Below, piece by piece: positions 25,401 to 39,841 of a stretch of DNA of 64,000 bases. Location of the stretch: NCBI RefSeq assembly GCF_001194135.2, contig NC_068987.1, positions 89,317,758 to 89,381,757 of the forward strand, in the 5' to 3' direction. The notes under the pieces were generated by a model that did no database searches, was not told the origin of the DNA, and saw only the letters and a list, made by a program, of their open reading frames with translations. Position 1 is the stretch's first letter. Each line of letters starts with the position of its first letter. Both the position numbers and the translations under genes were made by a program. Origin of the DNA: Octopus bimaculoides. Its lineage: Eukaryota.

Positions 25401-26674
25401 NNNNNNNNNNNNNNNNNNNNNNNNNNNNNNNNNNNNNNNNNNNNNNNNNNNNNNNNNNNNNNNNNNNNNNNNNNNNNNNNNNNNNNNNNNNNNNNNNNNN
25501 NNNNNNNNNNNNNNNNNNNNNNNNNNNNNNNNNNNNNNNNNNNNNNNNNNNNNNNNNNNNNNNNNNNNNNNNNNNNNNNNNNNNNNNNNNNNNNNNNNNN
25601 NNNNNNNNNNNNNNNNNNNNNNNNNNNNNNNNNNNNTAGGAAGGGCATCCAGCTGTAGAAACTCTGCCAAATTAGATTGGAGCCTGATGTTGCCATCCGG
25701 TTTCACCAGTCCTCAGTCAAATCGTCCAACCCATGCTAGCATGGAAAGCGGACGTTAAACGATGATGATGATGATATATATATATATAGGCGCAGGAGTG
25801 GCTGTGTGGTAAGTAGCTTGCTTACCAACCACATGGTTCCGGGTTCAGTCCCACTGCGTGGCACCTTGGGCAAATGTCTTCTACTTTAGCCTCGGGCTGA
25901 CCTAAGCCTTGTGAGTGGATTTGGTAGACGGAAACTGAAAGAAGCCTGTCGTATATATGTATATATGGAATGCGTGTATATATATATATATATGTGTGTA
26001 TGTTCGTGTGTCTGTGTTTGTCCCCCACCATCGCTTGACAACCAGTGCTGGTGTGTTTACATCCCTGTAACATAGCGGTTCGGCAAAATGAGACCGATAG
26101 AATAAGTACTAGGCTTACAGAGAACAAGTCCTGGGGTCGATTTTCTCGACTAAAGGCGGTGCTCCAGCATGGCCACAGTCAAATGACTGAAACCAGTAAG
26201 AGAGTAAAGAGTATATATATGTTGACCTCTGTCGATTTACCAGAAATGATAAATGAGAGGACTCAATACAAATGTGGAGTGTTCTTTAACACACTATTAC
26301 TGAAAGGCTCCAATTTCTAGTAATCAGAGTTGTTCGTTTCCGATCATCAGCTGGTAAACTGAGCCTGGTTTCCTTTTGAATATCCACTGATTATTGGAAA
26401 TAAGCAACTGGAAATCAAGGCCGTTGAGTTACAATGATTTTACACACACACACACACACACACACATTCACACATTCAGTTGAAGAATTAAATGTAATGC
26501 CATAAATCCACTCTCACTTAATGTCTTATATTCTGTAACTAACTGGAATTTCAATTTGTATGGACAGCTTTCTTTGAGACAAATCTTCTATTTATGTACA
26601 CTTAGAAATACAGATATATCAAATACCATATAACATAAATTCTTGATTTATGAAAATCATCTCGGCCTCTAGAG

Positions 26675-27244
26675 CAGTGTTTCTCAACCTTTTTATCCCT
26701 GCATAACCCTTAAAATAAATTACATGTCTCTTAAAATAAATTATAAGGAACCCCTGCACAAAAGAAATTATACACCATATCTTTCTCATATATTTTTTCA
26801 TCATAGTTCACATGGTAAATATATATATTTCTATACTTTCTAATTATTAGCATTGGTTCCTGATAAACTCTTGTTTATTCTGTTGTTATTTACACTCTAC
26901 ATGCAAAATGTGTCTGAACACCAAGGCCCGGAGATAATACAGGTAATGGATACCAATAGTATATACGGATATTTTATCCCTCAGTTGGTTACTATAACCG
27001 CTAACTCTGTATACACTTCACACACACACACATATATATGGTTGTTATATTTTTTGATAATATTATAGGTTAGATAGGATGATGTCTATATTACAATATT
27101 ACAATAACCAATCATATGTTGTGCACGTAGAGTAATATTACGATCATGAAATTAGCATTAGCTTATCTCACTATTTCTTGCTGAGCCCCTAGGAACCTTT
27201 TGCGGAACTCTAGGGTTCTGGGGAATCTCCATTGAGAAACACTG
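26675..27244. mobile_element. hAT (Charlie-like) MITE, 570 bp
   Basis: TIR CAGTGTTTCTCAA / TTGAGAAACACTG; perfect 8-bp TSD CTCTAGAG at 26667-26674 and 27245-27252. Confidence 0.92.
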
Positions 27245-29276
27245 CTCTAGAGGATGTAACATAATTACTAAATGGCAATTAAGATCAGCTCCACTTGAGA
27301 AGGGGAGACAATCTTATGAATCTAGAATTCCCCAAAGTCAAAACATCATTAAGCAAAAAAGGGTAGGTTTATTCTTTGGAGAGAAGAGGACAGACATGAA
27401 CATGGCATCTGCATGACCTTGTTTCCAGTAGCCTAAGGTCAGGTCACGTGTGGGGGGCATGTGCCATTGTGATGCACTACTGAATTCACCATTTGTTAGC
27501 ATATTCCTGAATCCTTTCAAGTGACTGTTGAGTAGATTCCCCCATCAGTCGCCATCTCCATGAGATACCTCTTCATCTGTTGTGCCCAAGTGGCATGGGG
27601 GTTGATCAACACAAGCCATCAACCCAGTCAGATTCTCAGTGAAGCGAACAGGATAGACAAAGTCTAACTTGGAAATTCAAGCAACTTCCAGGGTGAAAAA
27701 CTAGAGGTAGTCGATAGCTTCCGCTATCTGGGCGACCAAGTTAGTAGTGGGGGTGGGTGCGCTGAAAGTGTAGCTGCTAGAATAAGAATAGCCTGGGCAA
27801 AGTTTAGAGAGCTCTTACCCCTGCTGGCGACAAAGGGACTCTCACTCAGAGTAAAAGGCAGACTGTATGACGCATGCGTACGAACAACCATGCTACATGG
27901 CAGTGAAACATGGGCTGTAACTGCTGAGGACATACGTAAGCTCGCAAGGAATGAAGCCAGTATGCTCCGTTGGATGTGTAATGTCAATGTGAATACCCGT
28001 CAGAGTGTAAGNNNNNNNNNNNNNNNNNNNNNNNNNNNNNNNNNNNNNNNNNNNNNNNNNNNNNNNNNNNNNNNNNNNNNNNNNNNNNNNNNNNNNNNNN
28101 NNNNNNNNNNNNNNNNNNNNNNNNNNNNNNNNNNNNNNNNNNNNNNNNNNNNNNNNNNNNNNNNNNNNNNNNNNNNNNNNNNNNNNNNNNNNNNNNNNNN
28201 NNNNNNNNNNNNNNNNNNNNNNNNNNNNNNNNNNNNNNNNNNNNNNNNNNNNNNNNNNNNNNNNNNNNNNNNNNNNNNNNNNNNNNNNNNNNNNNNNNNN
28301 NNNNNNNNNNNNNNNNNNNNNNNNNNNNNNNNNNNNNNNNNNNNNNNNNNNNNNNNNNNNNNNNNNNNNNNNNNNNNNNNNNNNNNNNNNNNNNNNNNNN
28401 NNNNNNNNNNNNNNNNNNNNNNNNNNNNNNNNNNNNNNNNNNNNNNNNNNNNNNNNNNNNNNNNNNNNNNNNNNNNNNNNNNNNNNNNNNNNNNNNNNNN
28501 NNNNNNNNNNNNNNNNNNNNNNNNNNNNNNNNNNNNNNNNNNNNNNNNNNNNNNNNNNNNNNNNNNCACCATTTCGAGCGTGGCTGTTTTCGTGCGGGTG
28601 ACACGTAAAAGCACCCACTACACTCTTTGAGTGGTTGGCGTTAGGAAGGGCATCCAGCTGTAGAAACTCTGCCAAATCAGACTGGAGCCTGGTGTTGCCA
28701 TCCGGTTTCACCAGTCCTCAGTCAAATCGTCCAACCCATGCTAGCATGGAAAGCGGACGTTAAACGATGATGATAGCCAAACAGTTTGAACTGATATTCC
28801 CAAATCATACAAGTAACAGCATGCAGCCTGCTTTCTGAGAAGAGTGATGGGTTGGATACGAAATCCGACCAATAGTAACTCATAGTCCTGCAAAGTGTCC
28901 TGGGACCAAAGAATTTCAAGTGGATCCTAAAGGCCCTGGACGATGTCCAAATCTGACAAGTACAGAGCAGCTCTGCCCTGTCCTGCTCTATACTAACCAA
29001 ACCTGGTCTTTTCTCTCTTTTTTCTATTTTTCTTTTCTTATCTACCATCCTTTTGTTATCTTTGGTCATTTACTTGTTTCGTCATGAGACTGCGGCCATG
29101 CTGGGGCACTGCCATGAGGAATATTTTAGTCGAATGAATTGACCCCAGGACCTATGTTTTTTTTAAAGCCTGGTACTTATTCTATTGATCTGTTTCGCTG
29201 AACTGCTTAGTGATGGGAATGTAAACACACCAACACTGATTGTCAGGCAGTGGTGGGGGACAAAGACACATACACA

Positions 29277-30155
29277 CAGGGTGCTATAGGTAAATTATTG
29301 CCATTTAATATTTTTAATTTCGCACATGTGCATTGTTTTTGATTTTGTCAATTACACAGTATGGTAGGGTCAGTTGGGCACTGTCTGTGAGTAAAACTGC
29401 ACAATAATGCAATTCATTCTGCCAGAAATTTGGAAATGGCATGCTGTACTGCTTGGCATTTGCACAAGAAGCTCCAATAGCAACAGATGGTGAATACTCA
29501 ACAACCGTTGGCCTGCTGTGTCCCCAAAACATGTACTGAGAGTGATAAAAATTAAACATCCAGTCAGCCTCATGGTGTTTGGAGTGATCACTAGTGATGG
29601 TGACGTCATGCCTCCATTTATCTTCCCACATGGCCTTAGACTCAACACAGAGGCCTACAACAAGTGCCTGGAGGAGGTAGTGTCCTGGATGAAGAGGGTG
29701 GCTGCTGGAAGACCCTGTGTCTGGCAACAGGACTCTGCACCATGCCACACAAACAGGAGAACCCAATCATGGGTGTCAGACAATTTCTGCAACCACATCA
29801 CCCCTAACATCTGGCCACCTACCTCCCCTGACTGCAACCCTCTTCATTATCATGTGTCCAGCACAGTTGAGTGAGACTCAAACAAAACTCCTTGTAACAC
29901 CAAAGATGAACTGAAGGCAAGGATTATGGCAGCATTCACCAACTTAAACAAGGAGATCATCCAGAAGAGTTGCAAGAGATTCCAAAGTCGTCTGGAGGCC
30001 ATGGTTGGAGCCAATGGTGATTGTATTGAATGAATTTACTCTTTAGTATTTCAAGATATTTTAAGTAATTTTGGTAAACATATCTGCTAAAATGAGATGT
30101 CAATGTTATTTTCATTTTTGCGTAATTTAGACAACAATATATTCACTGCATCCTG
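29277..30155 (+). mobile_element. Internally deleted Tc1/mariner transposon of maT (DD37D) type
   Basis: VMVFGVITSDG...WQQDSAPCH...WPPTSPDCNPL(H): 37 residues between the second D and the mutated third D; CAGGGTG-type termini. Confidence 0.85.
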
Positions 30156-30360
30156 TGTATCTATCTATCTATATATCATCATCATCGTTTAACGTCCGCT
30201 TTCCATGCTAGCATGGGTTGGACGATTTGACTGAGGACTGGTGAAACTGGATGGCAACACCAGGCTCCAATCTAATTTGGCAGAGTTTCTACAGCTGGAT
30301 GCCCTTCCTAACGCCAACCACTCAGAGAGTGTAGTGGGTGCGTTTACGTGTCACCCGCAC

Positions 30361-30395
<35 letters not shown>

Positions 30396-30949
30396 CGAGT
30401 AGACAAATGAAAGAAGGGCACCCAACATATTTATTGGGAGTTACATGTATAAATCAAAACAGTTTGATTCAGATTCCCTAGGAGTCTGTTTTAATCAATA
30501 TAATCAACTAGTTCCTTCCCCCAAAATTTCAGGCCTTGTGCCTATAGCGAAAGGATTATTATTAGTATTATTATATTATTATTCCAGTACCGCCTGACTG
30601 GCTTCCGTAGGATTTTCGAGCGAGATCATTGCCAGTGCCCCTGGACTGGCTTATGCGGGTGGCACATAAAAGACACCGTTTCGAGCGTGGCCGTTGCCAG
30701 TATCGCCTGACTGGCCTTCGTGCAGGTGACACGTAAAAGCACCTACTACACTCTCTGAGTGGTTGGCGTTAGGAAGGGCATTCAGCTGTAGAAACTCTGC
30801 CAAATTTAGATTGGAGCCTGGTGTTGCCATCCGGTTTCACCAGTCCTCAGTCAAGTCGTCCAACCCATGCTAGCATGGAAAGCGGACGTTAAACGATGAC
30901 GATGATGATGATGATGATTAGTATTATTATAATTACTATTACTAATAAG

Positions 30950-31150
30950 AAGGCAGTATGGTGGCAGAATCGTTAGCACACTGGGCAAAATGCTTAGTAG
31001 TATGTTACGAGTTCAAATTCTGCTGAGGTCGACTTTACCTTTCATCCTTTCACAGTCGATAAAATAAGTACCAGTTACGCACTGGGGTCAATGTTATCGA
31101 CTCATTCCCTTCCCCAAAATTGCTGCCCTTGTGGTCAAATACGAAACCAT
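30950..31150 (+). mobile_element. SINE with Deu/Nin-like central domain
   Basis: gtcgactttacctttcatcctttc...gataaaataagtaccag; copies at 18430-18630, 32055-32270, 37210-37430(-). Confidence 0.65.
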
Positions 31151-31660
31151 TATTATCATCATCATCATCATCATTATTATTATTGAGTGAGAGAGCAGTG
31201 CATGCCATCAAGGTGACACTGGGGTGAAATATACGAAGCCCATTATACCCATCAGGACTACCTGTCTGATAAGGGTACACCAGGCACATGCATCACAACC
31301 ATATGTGCACGACATGGTGATCTCATATCAAATATAAACAGCACATGACCTCGCAGGTGGGGGTCTAGTTAGAATTTTCTTCAGGTCGAGTAGCTTATCC
31401 TGCTCAAAAGGTCCCTGAATAAGGTTTGTTTAAGGATGTTGAGTAAAACACCCATGTTTCCATAGGTGAATTATTCAAACCCCAAAGAATTCCTCTCAAC
31501 ACATGGCTATGATGCTCCCCCACTACTTCTGCTCATGATCAGAGATGCACATATCGTCAGCCACCAAGGGACATGCTCAACTGGTTAAGGTCAAACAACT
31601 AACAAGCAAATCTGTGGTATTAAGCAGAATATTTGCTGTAGCCCATCTTTTATACCAAGA

Positions 31661-31699
<39 letters not shown>

Positions 31700-34600
31700 T
31701 ATTATTATTATTATAAAGGCAGGGAGCTGGCAGGGTGGAGAAGAACCAGACAGACTTGAAGGCATAAGAGTTGGGTAGATGACATGCCATAAGACAGGGT
31801 GAGTCGAGACACAGAAGATGGCATCAGCAAGTTATTGTGAAATGCTCTGGAGCCACATCATATATTATCCCAAAGAAATGCAAATTCCAAAGATGATCTA
31901 AAATAGAAATGGAGAGTTCTTGGCAAGTTGAACCCTGGACACAGGAAGGGCACCTGATTGCTGACGACTATGTTGATGATGATGATATTGATAATAAGGC
32001 AAGTTTATAAATTACATGCAAAGTTGTAATTGTTATTATTAGTATTATTATTATTAAGGTGGTGAGCTGGCAGAATTATTAGCATGCTGGGCAAAATGCT
32101 AAATGGCATTTCATCCGTGTTACGTCCTGAGTTCAAACTTCACTGATGTCAACTTTGCCTTTTATCATTTCGGGGTCAATAAATTAAGTACCAGTGAAAT
32201 ACTGGGATCGATGTCATTGACTAGTCCCCTCCCCCAAAATTTCAGGCCTTGTGCCTTTAGTAGAAGGGATTATTATTATTTCATGGGTAATAGACCAGTT
32301 AGAATGTCAGCTATTTAGTTAAAATACCTTATGCTTTTTTAAAATCCCACCAAGGTGGACTTTGACTTTCCTTCCAGGTTGACATCACATTTCATCCTTT
32401 CTTTTATCATACGTACAACAGTCGATTTAATTGGTAGTTATACTTTTATGAACCAAGATTTGCTAAATCTAACCATCACAACTAGTAGAAAGATAACAGG
32501 GTAGGTTATAAGGAGGAGGTTTGTTGATTCACTGAAGAGGCTAAACACATGAACAACACATTGAATAGAGGAAAAGGAAGAAAAAGAAAAGCAACAATTA
32601 AATGAAAACACAAAGATTATGGAAAAAAATTATAACAATAATAAATAAATAAAAGAAGACTTTACCTACCCTTTATTTTACAAGGCATAATATTTATCAG
32701 TTTGTTTTGTGTGAGTTGATTTTGTCCATTCTTCCTGCTATATGTTTCATCTACAGACTCTCTCTAGTCCAAGTTGCTAGCTTATTCACGTCCGCATAAC
32801 TGGATTTAATCAACTTGTCTTCATATTTTTAAGAATGTGACTTGAGAACAAGTTTGTACTTGAATTCCAACCTTCAGTATTTCCCCTGATTTCCTTTTGT
32901 GTAATTATAAATGGCACAGCTTGATTTCGTTGCAACATTCTTATAGTTAGTTACCAACATTTGTCAACAGATTTATATGAATAATTGGTGAACTCATAAC
33001 GAGCTATTATCTCTTGTTCTTTATTAGTTTTTCATTAGCTGTACTGCTTCAGGTTTGGTGTAGGGTTTGCCAACTTATACAACAAATCCTTACATTAGTT
33101 TAATTCATCTTGATATATACATTTACATACAAACACGCACAGACATATATATATATATATGTGTGTGTGTACAGAGGTTTATTTTAAGGTAGTGATCCAA
33201 CCAATCAGGTTGTTGAATTTGCTGTTCTCAGCAGTGACTGCAGTCTGTATTAATAATTATTGAACAACAGCTTCTGTTGGGAGAACAGCAAGACTGAGTG
33301 AATGTGGCTGTCAATGTATGTGTAGACGTATGAAGGTGGATGTGTATTTATATATGTGTGTGTTAAGGTATATGTATTAAGGTGTATGTGTGTTTGCATG
33401 TAGAACAATAGCTGTGATATATAATAATAATAATCATATATATATATAAAGTAATATGTGCCTGTATGTGTTTAGCTGTAAAAACAGTGTGTTAGTAAGG
33501 CTTATGGTTGTTTAGCCCTAGGTCAGCCTCGATGTACCTTTTCTTTGACCAGAAGCATTCCACTTGTGAGTATCAGTCTTTTTGTACATCTGGGACTAAA
33601 TTTTCTAGTGTGTCCTTCTATTTTAAGATAATAGAGTGCAATCTGAGGAAATATGGCTGCTATTTCTAGAAGATCATGTGGTCAAGTAGAAGCTCCCTTG
33701 TAGCAGTGATAGTAGTAACAGTTAGTGTGGCAGAAGTGGTATAATGGTGTTAACTAGTAGTTAGTATTGATTTGTTTTATGAGCCATGGATGAATGAGTT
33801 GATGGAGTCTGTGAAACAACCAGCCCAGAGATTGAATGGACGTTCATTTCCTGTCCCTGGCATTGAGCTGAATCCTTGTCCAGGACTCTTTCTCATAAAT
33901 GACTCAGTCCATTTAGCTGTAAGTAGGTACCATGGCTCACTGCACTGGTGAAGTCAATGAGAATGTTTTGCTTGCTTGCTCTATTGGAGGAGTGGGGGGT
34001 CTTTTTGTGGGTTTAGGTGAAAAGCACATGGCCTGGTGGTTAGGGTGGTGCACTCATGATTCTAAGATCATGGGTTCAGTTCCTGGACTGGGTGGTGCAT
34101 TGTGTTCTTGAGCATTTCACATTACTCCAGTCCACTAACCATTAAATGAGGAACCCTGTGTCCAGCTGGTGACCCTCTCAGAGGGAACATTGTGATTTCA
34201 GTCACTTATTTACTATAGAAACCGGGTGACCGACCCTGTGAGTCTGAGGACTTGAGACAGTCCAGGAGTGATGATGATGATGATGATGGTGGTTGTGGTG
34301 AGCTTAAGCCATGATAATCGTGCTTATAATGTAACCTTTCCTTCAATTCCATCACCACCACCACCATCACCACAGCCACCTTCATCCTTAGTAGATTTGA
34401 TAATAAACTGTTTTTCTTTTGATGAGACACTGATAATTTTGAAAAAGAAAAAGAGAAAACCAGTATAACTAATTTTCATGACACTCATATATTACTGGTA
34501 TTTGTTTCAACAGCTCTGCGAATGAAGAGAAGTAGAACTGTTGCTGATGTGATCTGAGAATGGTATATATGAACCGTCTGCAAGTGTGTCATAAGTCTTT

Positions 34601-36714
34601 GAGGTGAGTAGGAAAAATGCTAGAATATTTAATAATAATAATAATAATAATAAAATTATTGTGTACAGTGCTCAGGTGCACTACAACTCATTAAAGGTGT
34701 ATGTATGGTACATAGAGTTATGTACAAAAGTCAGGAAAGTGAACAGTATATGAGTCATTATATACATGTGTGCATGTGTATGGAGGCGGAGATGTCAGGT
34801 GTAGTGTTGGCGAATTTCAGGAATCATGGAGGTTTTCGAGGATGCAATGTCTCGGCAACTAACAACTGATGCAAGTAGTTTGTTCCATGCTTCAGCAACT
34901 CTGAGAATGAAAAAAATGTTTCTGAAAATCATGGGAGCTGTGATGCTTTCTGACTTTGTTGGCATGCCCACATGTGTCAGACACATGGAGCTCAAAAACA
35001 TGCTCAGATTGCCTTGGCTTTGTTATCTTATTTCATTTAACAAACACGCACTCACACATTCACATACCTCTCCCTTTTACATGCACACACATACATTCAC
35101 ACAGAGCTGAAACGCTGTCTGATTTATTTTTTCAGCGTACAATTTTTATCATCCCACTACCAAGTATGACATCACCCCTTCCTTCCTTATTCATCTATCA
35201 CCGCTTCCTTTCTCATTCATAAACACAAGAGTATTATTATAGTAGATTATCTCGGTAACCATGGGAGCTATGAAAAAGTACAAAGCCCAGCAACACCACT
35301 GGATCATTCTACACATCTGTGTAATTTTTCACACAATTCCCCCAGCCGTTTGACCGTGAATCCCAAGACAAGAATGAACTTCCCCTGTCAAATTTATATG
35401 TATAGATAAAAGAATGGATTATTCATTTATAAGGTATAAATAAAGAGCAGAGGAGAGAGTATTTTTTGTCTTGTGTTTTAGCATTTCACAGTGAGAATCA
35501 AAAAAAAAGAAACGCAAGTATAAAATGGAAGCTTATTAGTTTTAAAAATATCAGTGAAAATCAATAGCCTATGAAGGGCATAGGGGCACAGCAAGAGATA
35601 CAACCTTTTCCCAACATCTCTTTTGGTCATCAGCCAAACTTCAGGTTTTCCACCATCTGCCTGTCTGTCCAATTTTTGAGGTTGTTCAACCATTCATTTT
35701 ATGCTCTTTTAATGATGGTTTGTTCATGCATGACCATCAAATATGTATAGCGATTTCTTACATTGGAACAATGCCACTAATTCAGAAAGCATAGTGAATT
35801 GGTACTTCCACTCAAGGAATGAAATGTAAAATCAGCTGAATAGGATTGAAGCTCAAACCCTAAAGAAAAATGGTTATAGACTGCAAAAATTTTCCTACCA
35901 TTAATACTGCTCTTCAAATAAATAAATGCATACATGCACTGCATCATATTACTTGCATACACATGTGCAAACATGCATACATCTGTACATACATCTCCAC
36001 CTCCTATGAGACTCGTTTGACCCGAAGACCCCTTTAAACTCCAGAAATGAGATCTACAGTCCTTGTCCGCATCTTAAACGTTACCTGCTGCAAGTATGTG
36101 ATTTCCCGTTCGTTGATTAGGGTCATATAAAAAATAGTTGCGGACACAAACCAACCTAAGGGTGGTAATCCCCCTTCATCGCTTAGGGCCGTAAAAATTT
36201 GCTAATTCGGACCGGTCTTAGGGTGATAACCCGTCCCACTTAAGGCTCAAACAATATATTTGATTGTTTACAAAATTTACTGATCGTAATGGTTTTCTAT
36301 CTCCAGTTTGAAAAGAGGTTATATGTCCGTGGCTATTGGAGTCTGAGGAGTTGTCTGTTAGGCTTAGCACTTTATAGAAGTGGAACCATTGGTCACTCTA
36401 TGATGGAGGTAAATATACAGTCTTGGTCAGTTTGATGGTGAAAAATATTGGAAGGGAAAGAAGAGTTGCTACCCCTTGTACAGTTCCAGCAGTGGTCAAA
36501 ATGGGTCAGCTGTGCCTGCATATGACTTTTCCATTCTCAAGTCTGCAAACAAATAAACCACTTTTTCAAAATTAATTTTTTGTCATAGGGGCAGCAGCTA
36601 AACATTTCACTCTTTGAAATCAGGAAGACAACTGGATTGTGTGAATTTTTTTTGTGTCATTGTCCTTTCAGGTAAGACTCAGGTTGTTCCAGCAGCTTCC
36701 TGCTAATTTTATAT

Positions 36715-36850
36715 GGCATTTACTCTTTTTAATTGCCATATATAGCTAGCTAATATTGTAATGTTGTGCTTCTCTGAGATCCTAAAAGACCTGTGATTAT
36801 TTAGCCTGGCCTTAAATGGGTTGTCCTTTGCTCCAACATATTTCTTCGTA
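36715..36850 (-). mobile_element. Penelope-like GIY-YIG endonuclease fragment
   Basis: KKYVGAKDNPFKARLNNHRSFR...ILASYIWQLK. Confidence 0.7.
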
Positions 36851-37729
36851 CGTGTGTGTGTGAGAGAGAGAGAGAGAGTCCTTTCATTACTGCTGCTACT
36901 GTTGGACACCATCTCTGCTTCATAGACCACAGCTTCAGTGTTGCATTGACCATTCACAGAGTACTCACTGCTAGCCCTACGTGAGCATCCTGCTTCTGTA
37001 CTGGGCAAAGGATTTTCACTAATATCCTTTCTGTATGTGTGAGAGAAAGATAGAGAATGTGTATGTGTGTGTATTATCATCATCATCTCTTAAGCTTTTT
37101 CTTCCATGCTGGTAAGGCCTGGATGGTTTGACAGAATTTGACAGGTTGGAGGACTATCTCATACTCAAACAATTACTTCAGCATAGTTTCTATGGTGGGA
37201 TGTCCTTCCTATTTATTTCTTTATTGCCCACAGGGGTCTAAACATAGAGGGGACAAACAAAGGGTTTTAAGTCGATTACATTGACCCCAGTGTATAACTG
37301 ATACTTATTTAATTGACCCTGAAAGGATGAAAGGCAAAGTCGACCTCGGTGGAGTTTGAACTCAGAACATGACAACAGACAAAATACCACTAAGTATTTC
37401 ACCTAGCATGCTAATGATTCTGCCAGCTAGCAAGTCAGAAAAATATGCCTAGTTTTGTCTGCTTTGGTATGGTTTCTACAGCTGGATACCCTTCCTAATG
37501 CCAATCACTTTATATACACACACACACACGTGTGTGTGTGTGTATANNNNNNNNNNNNNNNNNNNNNNNNNNNNNNNNNNNNNNATTTCACCTAGCATGC
37601 TAATGATTCTGCCAGCTAGCAAGTCAGAAAAATATGCCTAGTTTTGTCTGCTTTGGTATGGTTTCTACAGCTGGATACCCTTCCTAATGCCAATCACTTT
37701 ATATACACACACACACACATATATATGTA

Positions 37730-38120
37730 CAAGGTCTGATCAAAAGGTGTTGGGACTGGTGCCTTAAAAAGAAAACTTCAACATATTTCAATTTGGCATT
37801 GAATCCCCTTTGAAGTGTTCCCCTTTTGAAGCTGCACATTTTATCCAGCATCATTTTCATTGATGGAAATATTCCTGGAACTTCTTTGTTCATCACATTC
37901 CCTTGGATTTCCTCAATGTCTTAAAAATCTTGTTGCGGTGGGGGTCTTCTACTGTGAAGACTGAGCCTTGGTTATGGAGTTATAGCCATTGACACCTGAC
38001 ACCTTTTGTCACCTGTTATGACCATTTTCAAACGTTTTCCATCTTCCTTGACACAAACAAGGAGATCCTTCACACCTGTGACCTGATCTTCATCTTGAGA
38101 CAATCACTCTCTACACACCT
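37730..38120 (-). mobile_element. Mariner relic (C-terminal end plus TIR)
   Basis: Minus strand FQEYFHQ..CWIKCAASKGEHFKGD; TIR TA-CAAGGTCTGATCAAAAG at 37730. Confidence 0.65.
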
Positions 38121-38529
38121 TATTTCCAAGCACTGCTATAAACAATGGAAATGAGCGAGAATATTATAACTTAATGTATGCGTGTGACAGAGTTCAAGGT
38201 GAATCGGTACCGAGTAGCTTCACACTGCATATTTTACCTCTGTTACCATAGCAACAATCTCACTACATTTTGATTTATATCATCCTTATCCGCATCCTCA
38301 TCATTTAATGACTGTTTTCCATGCTGGCATGGGTTAGACTGTTTGACTGGAGCTAGTAAGCTGCACCAAGCTCAAGATGTGTATTTTGTCTTGGTTTCTT
38401 TGGATGGGTGCCCTACCTAACATGCCCACCACTTTATAGAGCATAGTGGGTGCCTTCTACGTGTTACTGGCATTGGTGCCTTTCATGTGTCACAGGCACA
38501 GGTGCCTCTTATGTGTCACCAGCACTGGT

Positions 38530-38980
38530 CAGCTAGATAAACAGACAGACTGATAGAAAGAAAAATAGATAGATAGATAGAAAGACTAATAGATAAACAG
38601 ACAGACAGCTAGCTAGATAGATAGATAGGTGGACGGCCGACCGGACAGACAGATAAATAGATAGATAGATTGACAGACAGACAGAGATAAAGAGACAGAG
38701 ACAGACAGATGGCTAGCTAGCAAGCTAGATAGATAGATAGACAGACAGACAGGTAACTAGATAAATAGACAAATAGATGGACAAACAGAGACAGATAGAT
38801 TATTATGTACTTCACCAGGCATGAGATAACTTATCNNNNNNNNNNNNNNNNNNNNNNAGCAAGCTAGATAGATAGATAGACAGACAGACAGGTAACTAGA
38901 TAAATAGACAAATAGATGGACAAACAGAGACAGATAGATTATTATGTACTTCACCAGGCATGAGATAACTTATCTATAAA
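38530..38980. repeat. (GATA/GACA)n compound microsatellite with a gap-flanking duplication
   Basis: Direct reading of the sequence. Confidence 0.8.
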
Positions 38981-39841
38981 TTCCTTGAAGTACCGAACAA
39001 ATAGTTAGAGATTTATTAATGCTATGACAAAAATATCTGTATGAAGGAAATAGAACAAGATGCAGGAACCTTGAATTTATCATAAAAAGTGGACATGGAG
39101 GTTTGTCTGTATGTAAATATATGTGTATGTAGATATATCATATGTGTGTGTGTGAAAGTGCTTGTGTGCGTGCATGCGCGCACGTGTGTGTGTGTGTGTA
39201 CATGCACACATATATATACAAGTTTGGTTTCCCCCAAAAGATGGTCAGAGTAATAAAATCATTCCACAATGCTATAATGGTTTCCATGATGAAAAGTAGT
39301 TCAGTTGCTGATTATTTCCATGTAAAGATTATTTCCATGTAAAGCTCTGTAATGGTCCTTGTATTATTTGCTATCTATTTCTCAGCCTTGCTGCAAAGTG
39401 CATCTAGGAATATCGATGAAATTGTGCATATCCAATTTCGGTCAGAACCAGAACCAAAGTCAGGGAACAACTTCTGTGAGCGTTTGCATTTGCAGATGGT
39501 TGTGCTTTGATTGCACTTTCACAGAACATCTGCTAAATTCTTTGGTCAAACCATCAGCTTGAAGAAGACCGAGGTTTTGCACAAGCCAGTACCTGGCCGC
39601 CTGAACAGGATCCTATTGTCCTAAATGCTGTGCCAAAATTTTGCTACTTGGAAAGCATTCTGTCAAATAATATCTAGCCTTGTGTCTATGTTAGAAACCA
39701 TTATGCTTAAAATTTGTATAATTTCTTAAATTCCACTGTCTAGTTAATGTTAACGACCTAATTCTTGAACTACTATCATTATTTAAAAAATACCGATTTT
39801 GTCTTTAGGCGCGTTCCATAAACAAGCTGGTGAAAAAGGCG

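Noticed and set aside
35592-35640. Hammerhead-like CTGATGA-CCAA..TTGG-GAAA on the minus strand
   Set aside because: No valid NUH triplet with a supporting stem I; likely chance.
37415-38980. Near-identical direct repeats flanking short gaps (about 37405-37545 versus 37585-37720; about 38720-38835 versus 38859-38975)
   Set aside because: Typical unmerged contig overlaps at scaffold gaps, not biological duplications.
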